Assembly: GCA_037440005.1 (NCBI GenBank)
Contig: JBBIUY010000004.1
Span: 32,001-96,000, forward strand
Source: Armatimonadota bacterium
GTDB lineage: Bacteria; Sysuimicrobiota; Sysuimicrobiia; Sysuimicrobiales; Kaftiobacteriaceae
Length of the DNA stretch: 64,000 bases
Direction of reading: 5' to 3'
The translations under genes and the position numbers were made by a program. How positions within the stretch are numbered: position 1 is the first letter of the stretch; every line of letters begins with the position of its first letter. Positions 59,036-64,000 of the stretch are shown in pieces. The notes beneath the pieces are model-generated. The model was not told the origin of the DNA. It saw nothing but the letters and a program-made list of their open reading frames with translations, and searched no databases.

Positions 59036-60382
59036 ATGCCCGCCCCGCGCGAGGACGTCGTCCTGCGGGTGGACCGGCTGAGCTACGGTGGCCGGGGCGT
59101 GGCCCGCCTGGACGGCCTGGTGGTCTTCGTGGACGGCGCCGCACCGGGAGAGATGGTGCGGGCGCGGCTGCTGCGGGTCCGGCGGACGTACGCCGAGGCC
59201 GCCACGGTAGCGGTGGAGTCCCCGTCGCCGGTCCGGGTTCAGCCCCGCTGCCCCCACTTCGGGGAGTGCGGGGGGTGCCTGTGGCAGCACGTGGACTACC
59301 CGGCCCAGCTGGCGGCCAAGCAGGCCATCGTGGTGGAGAGCCTGCAGCACCTGGGCGGGCTGGTGGATCTGCCGGTGCGGCCGATCCTGCCCACCGAGCC
59401 GCCCTGGCACTACCGCAACAAGATGGAGTTCGCCCTGGCGCCGCCGGGGCGGGTGGGACTGCACCGGCGCCAGCGGTGGGACGAGGTGGTGGACCTGGAG
59501 GTGTGCTACCTGCCCTCGCCGCGGGCCGTGGCGGTCCTGCGGGCGGTGCGGGAGTTCCTGCGGACTTGGGGAATTCCCTGCTACGACACCCGGACACACC
59601 AGGGGTTCGCCCGGCACCTGGTGGTGCGGGAAGGGCACCACACCGGCGAGATGCTGGTGGCGCTGGTGACCGCTCCCGGCGCCTTCGCCCGGGCCCGGGA
59701 GTTCATCGAGGCGGTCCGCGGCGCCGTCCCCGAGGTCACCGGGGTGGTGCGGGTTCTCAACCCCTCGCGCAGCGACGCGGTGGAGGTGGCCGGGGTGGAG
59801 GTGCTTGCCGGGCGGCCCTACATCCACGAGCGGCTGCGCGGGCTGACGTTTCGCCTGGACGTCCAGACGTTCTTCCAGACCAACACGGCGGCCGCCGAGC
59901 GGATGCTGGACGTGGTGGGCGAGTTCGCCGCGCTGACCGGGCGGGAGCGGGTGGTGGACCTGTACTGCGGGGTGGGGACCTTCGCCCTGGCCCTGGCGGC
60001 CCGGGCGGCGGAGGTGGTGGGGGTGGAGGCGCTGCCCGCCTCCGTGGACGCGGCCCGGCAGAACGCCGTCCTCAACGGGATCGCCAACACCCGGTTCGTC
60101 TGTGCCGACGCCGCACGGGTGTCGGAGGCGCTGTCCGGAGCCGCGGCGGATGTGGTGGTCCTGGACCCGCCGCGGGCGGGGGCGGGAGCCCGGGTGATGC
60201 GGCAGATTGCCCGCCTGCGTCCGCAGCGGGTGGTGTACGTCTCCTGCAATCCGACCACCCTGGCGCCGGACCTGAAGGTGCTGGTGGCCGCCGGGTACCG
60301 GGTGAGTGCCGTGCAGCCTCTGGACCTGTTCCCCCACACCTACCACGTGGAGTGCGTCGTCCGGCTGGACCGGAGTTCCTGA
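59036..60382 (+). CDS. rlmD: 23S rRNA m5U1939 methyltransferase
   Basis: TRAM domain, CPHFGECGGC, YRNK, FFQTN, DLYCGVG, DPPR, YVSCN, DLFPHT. Confidence 0.93.
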   Translation: MPAPREDVVLRVDRLSYGGRGVARLDGLVVFVDGAAPGEMVRARLLRVRRTYAEAATVAVESPSPVRVQPRCPHFGECGGCLWQHVDYPAQLAAKQAIVVESLQHLGGLVDLPVRPILPTEPPWHYRNKMEFALAPPGRVGLHRRQRWDEVVDLEVCYLPSPRAVAVLRAVREFLRTWGIPCYDTRTHQGFARHLVVREGHHTGEMLVALVTAPGAFARAREFIEAVRGAVPEVTGVVRVLNPSRSDAVEVAGVEVLAGRPYIHERLRGLTFRLDVQTFFQTNTAAAERMLDVVGEFAALTGRERVVDLYCGVGTFALALAARAAEVVGVEALPASVDAARQNAVLNGIANTRFVCADAARVSEALSGAAADVVVLDPPRAGAGARVMRQIARLRPQRVVYVSCNPTTLAPDLKVLVAAGYRVSAVQPLDLFPHTYHVECVVRLDRSS

Positions 60383-61023
60383 TGGATCCCGGCGTACTGC
60401 GCGAGCGTGCGCGCCACCCGGCGACGCGCATGGGCCCCGGGTACCGCATCGCGGCGGGGTTCTTCCGCACCCTGCTGCGGCTGGGCTGGCATCTGCGGGT
60501 GGAGGGCCTGCACCGCCTGCCGGCGCACGGCCCGTTCCTCATCACCGCCAACCACGCCAGCGAGATCGACCCGGTAGTCCTGTCGGCGGCCATGCCCTTC
60601 CGGGTGACCTACCTGGCCGGGCGGGAGCTGGACCGCTACCCGCTGCTGTTCGCGCTCATCCGGCTGTTCAACCCCATCTTCGTGCGCCGCGGGGCTCCGG
60701 ACGTGGCGGCGGTCAAAGCCTGCCTGGACCGGCTGGCCCGGGGCGAGGTGCTGGTGGTCTTTCCCGAGGGTGGGGTGGTCCAGCCGGGGATGGGATCGCT
60801 GCAGCCCGGCGCGGCGTTTCTGGCCATCCGGGCCCAGGTGCCCGTGGTGCCGGTGGGGCTGCTGGGACTGGCCCGCATGTGGCCCCTGCGGGCGCGCTTT
60901 CCCCGGCCGGCCCACGTGACCGTGCGCATCGGGGACCCGCTCCGTCCGCCCGCCGACCTCCGCCAGATCGACGACCTCACCACCTCCATCCGCCGGGCGC
61001 TGGACGCCCTGTTGGGCCGATGA
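60382..61023 (+). CDS. plsC: 1-acyl-sn-glycerol-3-phosphate acyltransferase
   Basis: NHASEID, FPEG, PVVPV. Confidence 0.85.
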   Translation: MDPGVLRERARHPATRMGPGYRIAAGFFRTLLRLGWHLRVEGLHRLPAHGPFLITANHASEIDPVVLSAAMPFRVTYLAGRELDRYPLLFALIRLFNPIFVRRGAPDVAAVKACLDRLARGEVLVVFPEGGVVQPGMGSLQPGAAFLAIRAQVPVVPVGLLGLARMWPLRARFPRPAHVTVRIGDPLRPPADLRQIDDLTTSIRRALDALLGR

Positions 61024-63125
61024 TGCCCGGGGTCCGGCATCTTGTCTGCCTGGGCGCGGCGGTCGCGGCGGCCGCCTGCGCCGCCGCTCCCGCCGCGGGT
61101 GCCGCGATCCTGCCTCCGCGCCCGCTTCTGCCCGCCGTGGCGGCGCGGTCCGGCGGACGGTGCGCCGACGTCTCCGACGCCTTGAGCCAGCTGCGGTGGC
61201 AGCCCGGCCCGGCGGGGTTTCGGGCCCGCTACCTGCTGGCGCACTGCCTTCTGGCCCGGGGGGAGACGGAGGCGGCTGCAGCAGAGTTCAACGCGGTGGC
61301 GGCGGCGTACCCGCCGCTGGCCGACCACGCCCGCTGGTACGCAGCTCAGGCGGCGCTGCAGTCGGCTGACCTGTCGGGCGCGGCCGAGCGCCTGGTCTTT
61401 CTGTCAGGATCCACCCGCATCCCCCCGCTGGCCCGCCGCGCCCGCGTGGCGGCCGCCGAAGTCCTGCTCCAGCTGAACAGACCGGAAGACGCCCTGCGGG
61501 CCCTGGCCCCGGTGTCCGCCGACGGATCCGGTCCTGCGAGCGTCCGGGTGTGGTGGTTGCGCGGGCGGGCCGCGGAGATGGCCGGCCGCCGCGCCGACGC
61601 CGTGCGGGCGTATGCCGTGGCGTGGTGGAGTGAGCCGGAGGCCACCCCCGAAGGCGACGCAGCGCGGGCCCGTCTGGAGGCGCTGGGCCTGGGAGGGGTT
61701 GCGCCTCCCGTGGAGGCCCGCCTGACCCGCGCCCGACGGCTGGTGGGGCTCGGGGAATTCGACGCCGCCCAGCGGGAATTGGTCGCAGCGCTGCACCAGG
61801 GTCTGGCAGGTCCGCAGGCCGCCGACGCGTGGTTCCAGCTGGGGCTGCTGCGCCTGCCCGGGGACGGCGCCGTCTTCGCCTTCAGCCAGGCCGCCCGTGT
61901 CGCCGATCCGGCCGCCCGGGCCCGGGCGCTGTACTGGCTGGGCCGCGCCCTGTCGGCCCGGGCCCGGAGGGAGGAGGCCCGGGCGGTGTGGATGCGCGTG
62001 GTGCGGGAGTTTGCGGGCACCGCGTGGGGGCCCCGGGCCCTGGCGTCTGTGGCATTTGCCGCCGAGGCCGCAGACGACCTCGCCCAGGCCCGGCGCTGGT
62101 GGGCGGAGCTGGTGCGACGCTACCCGGCGTCCGCTCCTGCCGCCGACGCCCGCTGGCGGCTGGGCTGGATCGCGTTCCGGCAGGGGCGGTACCGGGAGGC
62201 CGAGCGGCTGTTCAGGGATCACGCGGCCCATCTGGCCGGCTCCCCGCAGGCCGCCGCCGGTCTGTTCTGGGCCGGCAAGGCCCGCCGGGCCGCAGGCGGG
62301 CAGCCTCACGACCTGTGGCGCGTCGTGGCGGAGCGCTATCCGTTCACGTACTACGGGCAGCGCGCCCGGCAGATCCTAGGTCTGCCCGCGCCTCCGCCGC
62401 CGGCGGCGGGGGCGCCGGTGCACCTTCCGGAGGACAGCCCCGCTCCCGCGTATCAGGAACTCGCCGCTTTGGGCTTTGTCGAAGACGCCCTAGAGGCGGT
62501 GCAGGCGCCGTCGGAGGGCAGGGCCGTGCCGGAGCAGGCGCGCGAGCTTGCCGCCGCGGAGTCGTGGCTGCGGTCGGTGGCCGGCGACCCATCCGGCGCC
62601 CTGGCGGCGGCCGCTTCCCTGCTGCCCGCGGCGCTGGCCGGGGACCCGGCGGTCGACCGGGACCTGTGGTCGGTGATGTATCCGCGGGCGTTCTGGGACG
62701 AGGTGCGCAGCGCCGCCCGGCGGCACCGGGTCGACCCCTACCTGGTGCTGGCGGTGATGCGGGAGGAGAGCCGGTTTGACCCCCGCGCCGTCTCTCCGGC
62801 GCGGGCGGTGGGGCTGATGCAGGTGATACCGGCCACGGCGCAGGCCACCGCCGGACGGCCGGTGGAGGTGGCCCAGCTGATGGATCCTGCGGTCAACATC
62901 GATCTGGGCGCCGCGTACCTGGCGGCCATGGTGCGGCGGTTCGGCGGCGACCTGGTGCTGGCCCTATCCGCCTACAACGCCGGCCCGGCGGCGGCCGGGC
63001 GGTGGTCCCGCATGCCCCGGTCCGACCCCGACCTGGCGGTGGAGAGTATCCCGTTTGCGGAGACGCGGGCGTACGTGCGCCGGGTGATCCAGAGCTACGG
63101 CATTTACCGGTGGCTGTACCCCTGA
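61020..63125 (+). CDS. slt: TPR-containing soluble lytic transglycosylase
   Basis: REESRF, GLMQ, AYNAG, ETRAYV. Confidence 0.9.
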   Translation: MMPGVRHLVCLGAAVAAAACAAAPAAGAAILPPRPLLPAVAARSGGRCADVSDALSQLRWQPGPAGFRARYLLAHCLLARGETEAAAAEFNAVAAAYPPLADHARWYAAQAALQSADLSGAAERLVFLSGSTRIPPLARRARVAAAEVLLQLNRPEDALRALAPVSADGSGPASVRVWWLRGRAAEMAGRRADAVRAYAVAWWSEPEATPEGDAARARLEALGLGGVAPPVEARLTRARRLVGLGEFDAAQRELVAALHQGLAGPQAADAWFQLGLLRLPGDGAVFAFSQAARVADPAARARALYWLGRALSARARREEARAVWMRVVREFAGTAWGPRALASVAFAAEAADDLAQARRWWAELVRRYPASAPAADARWRLGWIAFRQGRYREAERLFRDHAAHLAGSPQAAAGLFWAGKARRAAGGQPHDLWRVVAERYPFTYYGQRARQILGLPAPPPPAAGAPVHLPEDSPAPAYQELAALGFVEDALEAVQAPSEGRAVPEQARELAAAESWLRSVAGDPSGALAAAASLLPAALAGDPAVDRDLWSVMYPRAFWDEVRSAARRHRVDPYLVLAVMREESRFDPRAVSPARAVGLMQVIPATAQATAGRPVEVAQLMDPAVNIDLGAAYLAAMVRRFGGDLVLALSAYNAGPAAAGRWSRMPRSDPDLAVESIPFAETRAYVRRVIQSYGIYRWLYP

Positions 63126-63131
63126 GGGAGG

Positions 63132-63662
63132 GTGACGACTGTGGAGTTCGCGGAGGTGGTGCGCCGGCGCGGCATGGTGCGGGCGTTCCGTCCCCAGCCG
63201 GTGGAGGAGGCGACCGTGCGGCGGCTGCTCGCGTACGCCCACCGGGCGCCCAGCGCCGGCTTCACCCAGCCGGTGGAGTTCGTGGTGGTGCGGGACCCCC
63301 AGGTCCGCCAGCGCCTGGCGGAGGCCGCCTGGCGTCAGAGCTGGGTGGGGGAGGCGCCGGTCGTCCTGGCGGTGGTCGCCGACACCCGGCGCAGCGGAAC
63401 CCGGTACGGGGAGCGCGGGGTGCGGCGCTACAGCATCATCGACGCGGCGTTCGCCAGCATGCTGATCCTGCTGGGCGCGGTGGACGAAGGCCTGGGGGCG
63501 TGTTTTGTCGGCGCATTCGACGACGACGCCGTGCGCGCCGTCCTGGGACTCCCGCCTCATGTGCTGCCGGTGGGTCTGATCCCGGTGGGATATCCGGCTG
63601 AACGTCCTCCCCGATACCGCCGGCGGCCCCTGGAATCAGTTGTGCACTTCGACCGCTGGTGA
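63132..63662 (+). CDS. Nitroreductase-family protein
   Basis: RRRGMVRAF, APSAGFTQP, GLGAC, VGYP. Confidence 0.9.
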   Translation: MTTVEFAEVVRRRGMVRAFRPQPVEEATVRRLLAYAHRAPSAGFTQPVEFVVVRDPQVRQRLAEAAWRQSWVGEAPVVLAVVADTRRSGTRYGERGVRRYSIIDAAFASMLILLGAVDEGLGACFVGAFDDDAVRAVLGLPPHVLPVGLIPVGYPAERPPRYRRRPLESVVHFDRW

Positions 63663-63680
63663 TCCGCTCCCGCGTCGAAG

Positions 63681-63894
63681 GCACGGATCCACGCCTTCTG
63701 CCTGCTTGACACCCGCCTCCACGTGGTCGTCGAGGTCACCGACGTGCCTCTGGCGACCGTTATGCAGCGCGTCCTGCAGGCGTCCCGACTGCGTCCTCGG
63801 CCTGCTGGCGTCCTCGCCAGCGCGGGCGGCCCGGGAGTACGCGGTGCTGGTGGCAGACCGCCTGGCCCGCCCGGTGGCGTCCGGCTTCGAGTGA
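63681..63894 (+). mobile_element. Remnant of a Y1/HUH (RAYT/IS200-like) transposase
   Basis: Start-less frame ARIHAFCLLDTRLHVVVEVTDVPLATVMQRVL resembles the RAYT pattern 'IHA(Y/F)CLMxNHxHL...LSxxMQxL' with a decayed HUH. Confidence 0.55.
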
Positions 63895-63895
63895 T

Positions 63896-64000
63896 CTACC
63901 CCTCGGCGCGCACCTGGCTGCCGCCGCGTTCCTTGGCCCGGCGCAGGGCGCGCTCGGCCCGGCGCAGCAGGGTGTCCAGGGAGCGATCGGCCGGCTGGCG
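63896..64000 (-). CDS. C-terminus of a GGDEF-domain protein (truncated by window)
   Basis: ...DTLLRRAERALRRAKERGGSQV*, like the GGDEF C-terminal 'LLxRADxALYxAKxxGRN' motif. Confidence 0.6.
   Translation of the reverse strand, partial: RQPADRSLDTLLRRAERALRRAKERGGSQVRAEG

Noticed and set aside
63660..63780. Selenocysteine readthrough of the nitroreductase TGA into the in-frame downstream segment
   Set aside because: The nitroreductase ends at its natural C-terminus (VHFDRW), the downstream peptide looks like an unrelated transposase relic, and no SECIS is evident.

Overview
High-GC bacterial chromosomal window; taxonomy cannot be fixed from sequence alone. 1-2.3 kb: a decaying molybdoenzyme (DMSO-reductase family) operon with an in-frame deletion junction and frameshifts. 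2.5-23.9 kb: a copper/redox accessory region. It holds a Met-rich two-component operon with tandem 11-bp operator repeats, VKOR and DoxX genes, two NarX/NarL-type systems (one with a Cys-bearing GAF sensor) plus an extra NarL paralog, and an A2-type heme-copper oxidase operon lacking the usual K-channel residues. Directly downstream are four cupredoxins, a Tat-exported 4Fe-4S protein, an NrfD/ActC-like membrane protein and an anchored partner, with no c-type heme motif seen. This is the best candidate novel system: a copper-wired, cytochrome-c-free quinol:O2 chain. 24-64 kb is mostly housekeeping and metabolism: pfkA, lacD, gdh, tRNA-Tyr/Gly, folD, folC, class I LysRS, EF-G paralog, dnaG, rpoD, ahcY, comF, two subtilases, an Asp-box protein, carbamate kinase, rlmD and slt. 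It also carries three kinds of intergenic repeat, a probable RAYT transposase remnant and several apparently leaderless genes.
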